This document shows positions 32,380 through 41,984 of a stretch of 64,000 nucleotides of DNA, one piece after another. This stretch comes from Candidatus Bathyarchaeota archaeon (GTDB lineage: Archaea > Thermoproteota > Bathyarchaeia > 40CM-2-53-6 > RBG-13-38-9), in assembly GCA_963807605.1 (NCBI GenBank), contig CAWECG010000004.1, forward strand, positions 608,001-672,000, given 5' to 3'. Under the pieces are notes generated by a model, which worked only from the letters and a program-made list of their open reading frames with translations, was not told the origin of the DNA and made no database searches. Numbering within the stretch: the first letter of the stretch is position 1; every line of letters starts with the position of its first letter. Position numbers and translations under genes: made by a program.

Positions 32380-32610
32380 TCAGAGTCTTGGTGTAGGGAC
32401 TTGTAGTTCTTGTCTTTCTTTGAGTATCTGCTCGAGTGTATCGACGAGCTCATCGTCAGGCTTGAGGCCTCTGATGTAGTTGAGAAGGGTTCCCTCAACT
32501 TTCTTCTTTGATATCTTTAGGATTATGTCTGTGAAGGATTCCTTTTCGCCCTTCAGTCTCGCCAGGGCTTGGTATGCTTCTTCTGAGATCGTTATCGTCT
32601 TGTGTGCCAT
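32380..32610 (-). CDS. vapB: Archaeal VapB-type antitoxin (DUF217-like)
   Basis: KTITISEEAY..L..LK.EKESFTDII. Confidence 0.88.
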   Translation of the reverse strand: MAHKTITISEEAYQALARLKGEKESFTDIILKISKKKVEGTLLNYIRGLKPDDELVDTLEQILKERQELQVPTPRL

Positions 32611-32637
32611 AGGGGTCACGTTGCCTACTGATCTTCT

Positions 32638-32657
32638 AAATACACATATGTGTATTT
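32638..32657. promoter_or_regulatory. Perfect 20-bp palindrome, probable vapBC operator
   Basis: AAATACACAT-ATGTGTATTT upstream of vapB. Confidence 0.6.
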
Positions 32658-32964
32658 AATATTAGTTGGATCAAACAATATTCCAACCTGAGTATCAAAT
32701 CCAAGCTCAGGTTCCGCTTTCTTTCTTCACATTTCTGAATTACCCTGTTAGCGCGCGCTATGAATGTCATATAGATTGCTTTATGTGATTTACTGGTTCT
32801 AGGTTCAATAGTACTGCTCGTAAATTACGTAAGATAAGGTATGCTGGGAAATCATGGAGAGTAGAGAAAAAAGTGGATGTGTTAGGCTTCGTCTTTTTCT
32901 AATGACTACTACTGTAGATAAGGCTGCGACTAGTAGAGCGCGCTTTGTGGTACTGCCTACAGAG

Positions 32965-34350
32965 TTAGGGCGTTTTTGAAAGAGACCATAAATGGAGAAA
33001 AGCACTCCGCGTGTACAGCAAATGAAAGAGGTGAGCGAGCACAGGTGTAAGAGGGGTATAGTAGAACTCCCATCCAGTGAAGCGATTAGCAGAAGTCAAG
33101 AAGAAGATAAGGGTCCAGATGACCTGGAGGAACGTCAGCGACACCAGGAAATACCGTTGGCGTCCTCCGTTAAGATGAAGAAAAACTATTGAGGTCAGGA
33201 TTACGGATGAAGTGCTCATGAGAATGCCGTATTGAGGGAGTCTAACGGTTTGCAGAGCGAAGTAAAGAAGTGGGACTGAGGTCAATAGAGTTCCTATCGC
33301 AATCAGATCGGTTACTCGGCGTTTGATGACTGATATGCAAATCTTGTACAGGGCAAGCGGATAGACGAGAATCTCGAATGGTGTGCTGTACATCGCTTGG
33401 ATGTAGACCATGTACCACCACGGGCTTTGAACAGCCTGCGATGGGTCCGCATAGAAGTCAGGTTTCGAAGAGAGTGGATTTGAGCCGACGTGCGGCCAAG
33501 GCAACCCCGATAATTGTTTTCTGGGGATTAAGAATGGATTTCCAGGAATCTTGACTGGTTGACCAACTGTAAGATGGATTCTGTTGTATATCCAAACCTG
33601 TGAGAGATGGACAAGTGGGCTTGACCACAGATAAGGCTGAACCGCGAAAACCACGAACGCAACGATCCAGAGGAAAACCGCCATTGACTTCCATTCCGAT
33701 TGAAGTCTCCTCTTATAAAGCAGGATTCCTAGCAGCACGAAGATGCCGATGAACGCATAGTACTTACTTGCGATTGATAACGCAAACAGGACTGCACTTA
33801 GGTAGAAATGTATCGTCTTCCCTCCTTTGACATATCGAAGGAAGAAGACCACCGAACACATATAGAAGAAAGCCATTCCAGGGTCCAACAGACCATACGA
33901 TGATTCTGCAATTGAGATCGGGTCGAAGGCCAGTACAACGCATGGAATGATCGCGCCCATATGCGTACAGCCCAGATCTCTCGCTAGAAAGTAGACGACT
34001 AGAACTGTCAGCGTGCCCATGATCACGGAGACGAGACGAATTGCGCCAATACTCCCAGGTAACCACGGGAACAGGAACACAATTTTTCCGTTAGCGCCAA
34101 AAAGCACGGTGCTGCCGGCAAAGAGGAGTTTCATTACCATGGGGTGCCCAATGTTTGCCGTCCAAATTCCACTCAAGTATGATTGAGCCGCTGGCGCATA
34201 CGTAAATGCCTCGTCATAGTCAAGTGCCGCAGACGTAGCGAGTAGAAAACGCAGCAAGAACGCCATGAAAATAATAATAACGAGTTGGATCAGCTTGTTG
34301 TACTGTTCGTTATCTAATTGTGTGCCGACACTCCGAAATGTTTTGACCAA
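32965..34350 (-). CDS. GT-C/PMT-like membrane glycosyltransferase
   Basis: DYDE, GHPMVMK, ASKY, multi-TM. Confidence 0.8.
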   Translation of the reverse strand: MVKTFRSVGTQLDNEQYNKLIQLVIIIFMAFLLRFLLATSAALDYDEAFTYAPAAQSYLSGIWTANIGHPMVMKLLFAGSTVLFGANGKIVFLFPWLPGSIGAIRLVSVIMGTLTVLVVYFLARDLGCTHMGAIIPCVVLAFDPISIAESSYGLLDPGMAFFYMCSVVFFLRYVKGGKTIHFYLSAVLFALSIASKYYAFIGIFVLLGILLYKRRLQSEWKSMAVFLWIVAFVVFAVQPYLWSSPLVHLSQVWIYNRIHLTVGQPVKIPGNPFLIPRKQLSGLPWPHVGSNPLSSKPDFYADPSQAVQSPWWYMVYIQAMYSTPFEILVYPLALYKICISVIKRRVTDLIAIGTLLTSVPLLYFALQTVRLPQYGILMSTSSVILTSIVFLHLNGGRQRYFLVSLTFLQVIWTLIFFLTSANRFTGWEFYYTPLTPVLAHLFHLLYTRSAFLHLWSLSKTP

Positions 34351-34869
34351 ACTGAAGCCGGCTATTATTATTGGTGGTGAGGCAGCGTTATTTAGACTTA
34401 TTATTCATAGTGATATTGTGATATCGACATTCCCAACATTGAGTGTAGCATTTGATAGAGAAATGCATTCAAGAAACCATCAATATTGAGTGTATTCAAT
34501 CGAGTTCTTGAAACTCTGCCATCTATCATTCGTGGCTAGAGGAAACTAGAGTCGATGTTGAAATGGAGTGACAAGCAGCTCAACAAGAAACAGCACGAAG
34601 CACTTGAAGCAATCTCGCTCTTTCACGTAGAGGCACCACAAGGTGCGCGCTTGAAGCCACTATGTCTGCAATATTAGAACTTCAACGTATTTACGTCCTT
34701 CAATCATGAGGTTTGCGTGTTCAACTTCGTGTCCCGACTGTTAACAGCTGGAAGAATGTCCCACGAACGTAACAGAACCCTTTTCAGAACACCGATTTTT
34801 CCACATATTAAAGTAAGGAAGAAAGTCTTAAGTAAGACCCTAAAATTTTGTATTAATGCGGTGGGTGTA

Positions 34870-35130
34870 ATGACCAAAGTAGTGAGTGTTACTCAAAAGG
34901 GCCAGGCAACCATTCCTAAAGCCCTGAGAGACAAGTTCAGAGTTAAAGGAAAAGTTCTCGTGGTTGAGACGTCGGAAGGCATACTCTTTAAACCCCTGCC
35001 ACGTCCTGAAGACGACTTCGGCTCATTAAAGCAGCACTTCAAAGGAGAGACGGCGCGAAAGGTTCTGGACGAAGCCAGGAGTAGAGACGAGCTGCGGGAG
35101 AAGAGGCTGCTGGAGAAAATCAGAGATTGA
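34870..35130 (+). CDS. AbrB/MazE-type antitoxin
   Basis: VSVTQKGQATIPKALRDKF; start moved to ATG 34870; GTCTTA-AG-TAAGAC palindrome upstream. Confidence 0.9.
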   Translation: MTKVVSVTQKGQATIPKALRDKFRVKGKVLVVETSEGILFKPLPRPEDDFGSLKQHFKGETARKVLDEARSRDELREKRLLEKIRD

Positions 35131-35522
35131 ACATTGTCTTCGACACTGAAGCTCTCTTAGCCTTCTATCTGGGTGAACCCAGAGGCAGAGAAGTTGAGAA
35201 ATACCTTGCAAAGGTGATGGAGGGAGAACTGAAGGGTTACCTGAACATACTCACCCTGTCTGAGCTCTACTATATCCTGTATAGGAACAGCCCTGCATTA
35301 GCTGAGGAGAAGGAGCAGAACCTCCGCAGCTATGGTTTGGATATAGTTCCAATCGATGACGATGGCCTCTGGAAAGAAGCTGCAAAGATGAAGGGAAAGC
35401 ATGCTCTCTCACTAGCAGATGCCTTCGCAGCGGCAACTGCAAAGATAAAGAAGGCAAGCCTCCTAACAGGCAGGGATAAAGAGTTTCATAGTCTGGACAT
35501 CCCCATAGAACGAATAGACTAA
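35127..35522 (+). CDS. vapC: VapC PIN toxin
   Basis: VFDTEALL, LSELYY, LSLADAF, TGRDKEF. Confidence 0.9.
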   Translation: MNIVFDTEALLAFYLGEPRGREVEKYLAKVMEGELKGYLNILTLSELYYILYRNSPALAEEKEQNLRSYGLDIVPIDDDGLWKEAAKMKGKHALSLADAFAAATAKIKKASLLTGRDKEFHSLDIPIERID

Positions 35523-35751
35523 CGGACGAAGAGATTTCAACAGACACAGATCATTTATCGAAGAAGATCCCCCAGAGATAGGATTAGCCAATGTCCAACA
35601 AGGTTCTGAAACCCTACATTCAATAATGATGCTTAGAAAATTCGCGGCCCTCAGACTCTGACAATTCTCGTCAACAACCCTAGGCGCTGCGAAGATAAGG
35701 ATTCTTTTGCGTGCGCTGGTCTAAACACGATCTGTGCTAGTTGTTACTTAG

Positions 35752-37124
35752 TTGACACTCACCCGCCTAAAGGCGGGGTGATTCTAGCTTCTATACTGTT
35801 CACCGGTCTAGTGTTCACTGGCCTGTTAGCCTGCCACTTCATGCCATCCCACTTTAGAAGGTCAGGGTGCGTCATCACCCTTACAGCTGTTCCTTCACGT
35901 TGAAGGTTTGCCATGTTCAAGACTCCAATAGCATCCCTGTGAACTTCCATCCCACACTCCAAGCATTTGAAGAGTCTGCCTTTCCTCTCAATGTTTTCTG
36001 AGCTGCATCTTATGCATCTGCTTGAAGTCTTGTATTCGCTGACTTCTTTCACTCTTATGCCGTATTCTTGTGCCGTACACTTTAGTCTTTGAATGATGTA
36101 TTTGAAGCTCCAGAAGTTATGGATCATAGCGTTGCTCTTCTTTCCTTTATCGTTGCCGTCTCTGATGCCTGTTAGGTCTCCTATCACAATCTTTGAAACA
36201 CCGAGATCATATAGATCTCTTACCATGACTCTTATCATGGTGTTGATGGCCTGCCGGAATCTCCGTTGCCTTATCCTGTACAGTCTACTGAGGTGCTTCG
36301 AACTTTTCTTGCCGTTGATTGTTTCAAGTATGCTCTGGCAATTTGCTATTCTATCAACCCAGTACCACCAATCTGCTAGGAGGTTTCTCCCGCTGAATGC
36401 TATTGGTTGCCTCCATCCTTCAAGCCAGATAGTGAACAGGTTGATAATGCCGATGTCGATGTAGCAGGTCTTGGAGCCTTGCGGCTTGAAGATTGGCTTT
36501 ATTTTAACAGCCTGAAAGACACGCCACTTCTTATCTATGTTATCATAGATGACTTCGGCTTTCCCCTGTCTTCCGCTCCATTTTGGCTTGCCTCGGATGG
36601 GTATTTTCATCTTCTTTGGTAGCTTCATCACTCCATCCTTCAGGCTGTAGATGTCGTTTCTCAGAACCATCATCAGCCTGTACTTTCCATCTCGCTTCCA
36701 GTATCCAGGCATACACACCTTCTCAATATTTAGTGGCAGTCTGCCTTCTCGCTCCAGCTGCTTTAATGCGAAGAAGCTCCTCCATGACTCGTTGTTCTTC
36801 CTGATGATCTGTTGAGATGTCGCCGAATCGATTAGTGGTGTATACCTTTGATAGAGGTCTTTGCACTCCCAGTCCAGGGGTTGATAGTTCATGTATGCCT
36901 GTCTTTTGTGGTAGGTTGCCTCATTCCAAAGTTTAGCACAGTTGGTAGCTCTTTCTCGCAGTATCCTCTCTTGCCCCACTGTTGGAGCAAGGATGAAGGT
37001 GTTAGTTCTCCGCATGAAACTACCAGTATTATTATTGAAAAACCAGACATTTAAGCCCCAAACGTCTCACTCTGGTCGCAATTCATCCCACCCCTGAAGG
37101 GGTGGGCTTTCTTGCTAGTTCAAT
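35752..37124 (-). mobile_element. tnpB-only element, family 1 copy 4
   Basis: LE as in other copies; variant RE hairpin, still GAAT/TCAA. Confidence 0.9.
35759..37015 (-). CDS. tnpB: TnpB family 1 (intact)
   Basis: Same motifs as copy 3. Confidence 0.95.
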   Translation of the reverse strand: MRRTNTFILAPTVGQERILRERATNCAKLWNEATYHKRQAYMNYQPLDWECKDLYQRYTPLIDSATSQQIIRKNNESWRSFFALKQLEREGRLPLNIEKVCMPGYWKRDGKYRLMMVLRNDIYSLKDGVMKLPKKMKIPIRGKPKWSGRQGKAEVIYDNIDKKWRVFQAVKIKPIFKPQGSKTCYIDIGIINLFTIWLEGWRQPIAFSGRNLLADWWYWVDRIANCQSILETINGKKSSKHLSRLYRIRQRRFRQAINTMIRVMVRDLYDLGVSKIVIGDLTGIRDGNDKGKKSNAMIHNFWSFKYIIQRLKCTAQEYGIRVKEVSEYKTSSRCIRCSSENIERKGRLFKCLECGMEVHRDAIGVLNMANLQREGTAVRVMTHPDLLKWDGMKWQANRPVNTRPVNSIEARITPPLGG

Positions 37125-37213
37125 GTAATCGATACCAAGTTGATGGAGAACTTTCAAGAACCGCTCAGCGCTGATCTTGAGCCTAACCAGTTCAGGCAAA
37201 CGTGTGGACAATC

Positions 37214-37504
37214 TTAGGACTGCCTGGCTAGTTTACCGAGTTCCAGAACTCTCTCCAACGAAGTATGAAAGCTCGGTCCTGATCTCTGAGCCGCTAAACT
37301 CTCATCCTTAAGTTTCTTGACCTTCTTCTCATCCAACGTATTAAGCCACACAAAGAAGTTGACTTTTCTCCGAACCTCAACGCTATGCACAGGCCCAAGA
37401 TATTGTTTGTGAACATTTCTTGTCTTCGGATCGTATGAGCAAAGATAATAGTACTGAGCTCCACCAGAACCTCGCCTTTCCACTCTAACGAAGACCAACA
37501 TCAA
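37214..37504 (-). CDS. Small basic protein resembling archaeal virus/plasmid DNA-binding proteins
   Basis: QYYYL..Y......VHKQYLGP motif, recalled from archaeal mobile-element proteins and not verified by search. Confidence 0.5.
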   Translation of the reverse strand: MMLVFVRVERRGSGGAQYYYLCSYDPKTRNVHKQYLGPVHSVEVRRKVNFFVWLNTLDEKKVKKLKDESLAAQRSGPSFHTSLERVLELGKLARQS

Positions 37505-37736
37505 TCCTCTTTAGACTGTTTCTGTTTTGATACGTGCGTACGTGTTGTCTATGTACAATTAATGTGCATATAATCTCGATTATTGAGATCATAATTTCCG
37601 AAGAATGCGGTACTTCTATTGTACATCAGTGGCATCTGTACCCATCAAATACTATATAAGTACAATATAGCATAGGTACTGTACGCTTGCTCGTGCAGTA
37701 TATTGAAAGCCAACTAGACATCCCAGAGGGGAACTG

Positions 37737-38465
37737 ATGGATCTCTTATTTCATATGCTGCTTCCTGCGATGTTGGCGATGATCGCTGGAATAGATAAGC
37801 GAAAAGCCCTCGCGATCATGCCTTTCGCGATACTCCCTGATCTTGATGCATTGCTCTTCGCTCACCACTTGATCTTCCATTCCCTGATTGTGATATCTCT
37901 CGCCGCCTTTGCTGGGCTGCTCTGCTGCCGTTTGGTGACGCCCGGCCATTTCGGAACAGGGGTCCTAGCGTCGCTGTATGTGTACAGTCATATCGTGCTT
38001 GACCTGTTTTCGAATGGCGACGTTGGATTATTCTGGCCTTTGAACAATATCGGCTATTCGATGTCTATCAACCTCACTGTCACTCATCAGAGTCTCTGGC
38101 CAACATTCGGCCTTGAGATGGTTCTGGGTCAGCACCTCCTCCCGAACTCAAGCGCAATTGTTGATGCGACCGCAATAGGTGGTGGAGGGGTTGCTCTATT
38201 ACTCCTTCTCTTGCTGACCATGACTTGGGGGTGGAGCAGCCTCGAACAGCGTTTCGAGCTTCTCAAAGCGATACCCACCTTACAGAGATCAATTGTCACG
38301 CTACGCCACACTTTTGATCTCTCAGGCTACAGAGGTTTGAGATTGTTGGGTACTAACCAATCTTTCGGAATGCAGAAGTTAGCGCCTGTGAAACAAAGGG
38401 ATAACACCCTTTTTTTGAATAATTCAACAGGCGGCAATAGGGAGCCTGAGGCTAGTCTAGGCTAG
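37737..38465 (+). CDS. Membrane-bound metal-dependent hydrolase (YdjM-like)
   Basis: ILPDLD, HHLIFHSL, SHIVLD, LFWPL. Confidence 0.85.
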   Translation: MDLLFHMLLPAMLAMIAGIDKRKALAIMPFAILPDLDALLFAHHLIFHSLIVISLAAFAGLLCCRLVTPGHFGTGVLASLYVYSHIVLDLFSNGDVGLFWPLNNIGYSMSINLTVTHQSLWPTFGLEMVLGQHLLPNSSAIVDATAIGGGGVALLLLLLLTMTWGWSSLEQRFELLKAIPTLQRSIVTLRHTFDLSGYRGLRLLGTNQSFGMQKLAPVKQRDNTLFLNNSTGGNREPEASLG

Positions 38466-38522
38466 CCTTGAGGGGGGCTAGCCAGGCCAATAGGTTACTT
38501 GCGGGATGCATTGGCAAGATTT

Positions 38523-38711
38523 CTATTTGGTTGATCTGAGTTCATCCAATCTTCTTCTTACTGCATCTGCTATGAAGTCGCCTCGTGAACGGTAGCCATG
38601 CGTTCTGGACTCCAATAGTTTGTCTATTTTGTCTGCCAACTCTTTTGGGAGGTTGACATAAGTCCAGCCTTCACGTTTCGTGTCTATCTTCCTGGACACC
38701 CGTGTCACCAT
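38523..38711 (-). CDS. Ribbon-helix-helix regulator
   Basis: YVNLPKELADKID...GYRSRGDFIADAVRRRL. Confidence 0.85.
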   Translation of the reverse strand: MVTRVSRKIDTKREGWTYVNLPKELADKIDKLLESRTHGYRSRGDFIADAVRRRLDELRSTK

Positions 38712-38795
38712 GCTTACTAAACCCCTACTACACGAACTGTATATAAAACCACTACCGCTACAGTGAATCGCCAGAAAACCCTTGAAGAGATTTGC

Positions 38796-38963
38796 ATGGT
38801 GGATGATATTCAAGAGAGATTAATCAGAGCTGCAATACCGAAGGCCCTCGTTGAAAGGGTTGAACGAGAAGCTTTGGACCAAGGGTCCTATCCGAGCCTT
38901 TCAACTTTCATCGCGGATGCTGTCCGAAGAAGGCTTGAACAGCTAGAAACGAAGACCGCCTGA
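38796..38963 (+). CDS. Ribbon-helix-helix regulator
   Basis: AAIPKALVERVE...YPSLSTFIADAVRRRL. Confidence 0.8.
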   Translation: MVDDIQERLIRAAIPKALVERVEREALDQGSYPSLSTFIADAVRRRLEQLETKTA

Positions 38964-39232
38964 AATCCAAGACTTTACAAGCGAGTTCTTTCAGCCAGTT
39001 CATTCCACATATTTAACTAACTGGTTTTTGTCGGTCTCCTGGTGTCACCAGACTCCATGAACCTTTCACATGGGCGCGACCACTTACCCCAGAAGGCAAC
39101 TGAGAACACTTCAACATATGGACGAGCTGGCGTTTCCTAGCAGGTCTGAAGACTCTACCCTACGCCTGATCCTTTCCTCAAAACTTTTTTTCTATTACAG
39201 GCTTTTGTAGCGTGAATAAGAAACGAGCTGGC

Positions 39233-39334
39233 TCATCTCATCCGGTCAAGTGTTTCCTTTGCTGCCTCAAGAAATTCGTTGGCTTTTCTGAGGGCATAGT
39301 CAGCTTCCTTTGCACTGCTCTTTGTTTCAAGGCC
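39233..39334 (-). pseudogene. HEPN toxin C-terminal fragment
   Basis: GLETKSSAKEADYALRKANEFLEAAK, a typical last HEPN helix. Confidence 0.7.
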
Positions 39335-40718
39335 TTGACACTCCCATGCCTAAAGACAGGGGATTCTAACTTCTATCATGTTCATCGGTTGATGGGTCAT
39401 AGCGTTGTTGCGCTCCCACCTCATTCCATCCCACTTTAGAAGGTTAGGGCGTGTCATCGCCCTGTTAATGACTCCCGCAGGAAGCTTAACCCCCTGAGTG
39501 AGTCCTATATTTACAACACCAATAGCATCCCTATAAGCCTCCAATCCACATTCTAGACACTTGAAGAGTCTGCCTTTCCTCTCAATGTTCTCTGAGCCGC
39601 ATCTTACGCATTTGCTCGATGTTTTGTATTCGCTAACTTCTCTCACTCTTATGCCGTACTCTTGCGCTGTATACTTTAGTCTTTGAATAATGTAGTTGAA
39701 GCTCCAGAAGTTGTGGATTATAGCGTTGCTCTTCTTTCCATTATCATTGTTCTCTCTTATGCCTGTCAGATCTCCTATCATAATCTTTGAAACACCGAGA
39801 TCATAGAGGTCTCTTGCCATGCTTCTTATCATGGTGTTGATTGCTTGTCGGAATCTCCGTTGCCTTATCCTGTAGAGTTTGTTGAGTCGCTTCGAACTCT
39901 TCTTGTCGTTTATTGTTTCAAGTTTGCTCTGGCATTCTGCTATTCTATCGACCCAGTACCACCAATCTGCTAGGAGGTTTCTTCCACTGTATGCTATTGG
40001 TTGCCTCCACCCTTCAAGCCAGATGGTGAACAGGTTAATTACACCAGGGTCGATGTAGCATGTCTTGGAGCCTTGCGGCTTGAATAATGGCTTTGTTTTA
40101 ATTGCCTGAAAGACACGCCACTTCCCATCAACCTCATCATAGATGACCTCGCCCCTACCCTGCTTACCATTCCATCTAGGTTTACCTTTGAAGGGTATCC
40201 TCAGTCCTTTAGGTAGTTTCATCACTCCATCCTTTACACTGTAGCAGTCTTTTCTCAGAACCATCATCAATTTGTATTTTCCATTTCTCTTCCAGTATCC
40301 CGGCATGCATACCTTCTCAATATTTGGTGGCAGTCTGCCTTCTCGCTCTAGCTGCTTTAATGCGAAGAAGCCCCTCCATGACTCGTTGCATTTCCTGAGT
40401 ATTTGTTGTGTTGTCGCTGAATCGATTAGTGGTGTGTACTTTTGATAGAGGTCTTTGCACTCCCAATCTAGGGGTTGATAGTTTACGTATGCCTGTCTTT
40501 TGCGGTAGGTTGCCTCATTCCAAAGTTTGGCACAGTTAGTAGCTCTATCCCTCAGTATCCTCTCTTGCTCCACTGTTGGAGCAAGGATGAAGGTGTTAGT
40601 TCTCCGCATGAAACTACCAGTATTATTATTGAAAAACCAGACATTTAAGCCCCAAACGTCTCACTCTGGTCGCAATTCATCCCACCCCTGAAGGAGTGGG
40701 CTTTCTTGCTAGTTCAAT
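39335..40718 (-). mobile_element. tnpB-only element, family 1 copy 5
   Basis: Same LE/RE; TTAC flank at 40719-40722. Confidence 0.9.
39350..40609 (-). CDS. tnpB: TnpB family 1 (intact)
   Basis: Same motifs as copy 3. Confidence 0.95.
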   Translation of the reverse strand: MRRTNTFILAPTVEQERILRDRATNCAKLWNEATYRKRQAYVNYQPLDWECKDLYQKYTPLIDSATTQQILRKCNESWRGFFALKQLEREGRLPPNIEKVCMPGYWKRNGKYKLMMVLRKDCYSVKDGVMKLPKGLRIPFKGKPRWNGKQGRGEVIYDEVDGKWRVFQAIKTKPLFKPQGSKTCYIDPGVINLFTIWLEGWRQPIAYSGRNLLADWWYWVDRIAECQSKLETINDKKSSKRLNKLYRIRQRRFRQAINTMIRSMARDLYDLGVSKIMIGDLTGIRENNDNGKKSNAIIHNFWSFNYIIQRLKYTAQEYGIRVREVSEYKTSSKCVRCGSENIERKGRLFKCLECGLEAYRDAIGVVNIGLTQGVKLPAGVINRAMTRPNLLKWDGMRWERNNAMTHQPMNMIEVRIPCL

Positions 40719-40876
40719 GTAAGAGAGGATTATTACCGCATCAAGAAGCTCTTCTTGAGAGCTTTTTCAGCTTCTTCTAGTTTTGTCGATGCGACCTCAA
40801 GTGATCTGGCGGTCTTCGCAGCATCTGGTCTTCCCCGCCTTAGCAGCCTCTTCTGAAAGCACTCTGTGAGATTCAT
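40719..40876 (-). pseudogene. HEPN toxin N-terminal fragment
   Basis: MNLTECFQKRLLRR..SLEVA..KLEEAE..AVIILSY; ATGA overlap with MNT; 1-nt frameshift. Confidence 0.75.
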
Positions 40877-41421
40877 CTTTTGATCATCGGTAGGTTGCCT
40901 TGAATGACTATTCCGTCAGTGATTATGCTTTCATAGAAGGCTTCATCCTGTTTGGCCTTCTCTTCCCACTCCGGGGAAGTGTAAACCAGAAGGTTGATGT
41001 TTCGATTAAGTCTCTTTTCAAAGGCAGCCATCTCAACCTTTTCAGCTCTTCCTATTACTAGGAGATCGATATCGCTGCCCTTGTCATCTTCTCCTCTTGC
41101 GCAACTTCCATATATTATGATCGAGCACTCCTCGTAATTCTGTTTGAGATACTGGGTTAAGGGTTTCACGTCACGAAGGAAGTGTGCTATCTTAAAGTGT
41201 CTGAACATAGGGTCCTCCATATCTGCCTTGAAGAATACTAGGTTGGCCTTCTTGGTTCTCACTAGAAAACCGTCGATTGTAAGTGAATCTAGGAAGGTCT
41301 TGGCAGTGCTGGCGCTTACTCCTGCGTGGGAGGCGACTTCTCGGAGATAGAACTCTCTGTAGGGCTCGTTGAGAAAGACCTTCAATATTCTCAGACCTGG
41401 ATATTCGAATAGATTTTCCAT
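40873..41421 (-). CDS. wHTH-MNT (minimal nucleotidyltransferase) antitoxin
   Basis: FYLREVA HTH; IYGSCARGEDDKGSDIDL. Confidence 0.9.
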   Translation of the reverse strand: MENLFEYPGLRILKVFLNEPYREFYLREVASHAGVSASTAKTFLDSLTIDGFLVRTKKANLVFFKADMEDPMFRHFKIAHFLRDVKPLTQYLKQNYEECSIIIYGSCARGEDDKGSDIDLLVIGRAEKVEMAAFEKRLNRNINLLVYTSPEWEEKAKQDEAFYESIITDGIVIQGNLPMIKR

Positions 41422-41436
41422 AGAACAATCGTTCAA

Positions 41437-41460
41437 TATAAAGAACAATTGTTCTTTATA
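41437..41460. promoter_or_regulatory. Perfect 24-bp palindrome adjoining the TATA box of the MNT-HEPN operon
   Basis: TATAAAGAACAA-TTGTTCTTTATA. Confidence 0.65.
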
Positions 41461-41591
41461 AAAATTCGCCCTCATATAAGACGGCGCAGGGACTTGACTG
41501 CGGGTAGCGCGTGCAAACCTTCATCGGCGTCTTCCTTGGGCCTAATTGCTGTTCTGACCGCAATGCCATTTGTCTTTTGGACTGCGCGGTT

Positions 41592-41984
41592 GTGACATCC
41601 TCCCATGGTTAAAGCCGTGGGCTTCCCGCTTCAACATCTTTGCTTACCATTCCCCTTAGGGATGGCAGAGGCTCAGACTCTACGGGGGTATTCACCCACC
41701 GTCCATGGGCATAGTCGCGTTTGAAGCCTGACAGACCAATCTTCTTGATTAGTTTAGCCGAGTTCTCGTCTCTTGGAAGAGACTCACCGCAATTCGGGCA
41801 CATATGATCTCTCTCGCTCAGGTCTTTCGGCACCCATGATAGGCAGTTGTGACAGAATTGTGTAGTACCCCATGGATCGATTGGTATGAACCACTTACCG
41901 AGTAGGTTGGCTTTGAAACGGGTTTTCCGTATGAATGTTCCTGGTGAGGCATCTTGAATGCTCTTGGCTAGGCAGTGGTTCTTC
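41592..41984 (-). mobile_element. Family 2 copy B: 3' tnpB remnant with intact right end
   Basis: Near-identical to 27117-27510; similarity stops at about 41984. Confidence 0.9.
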
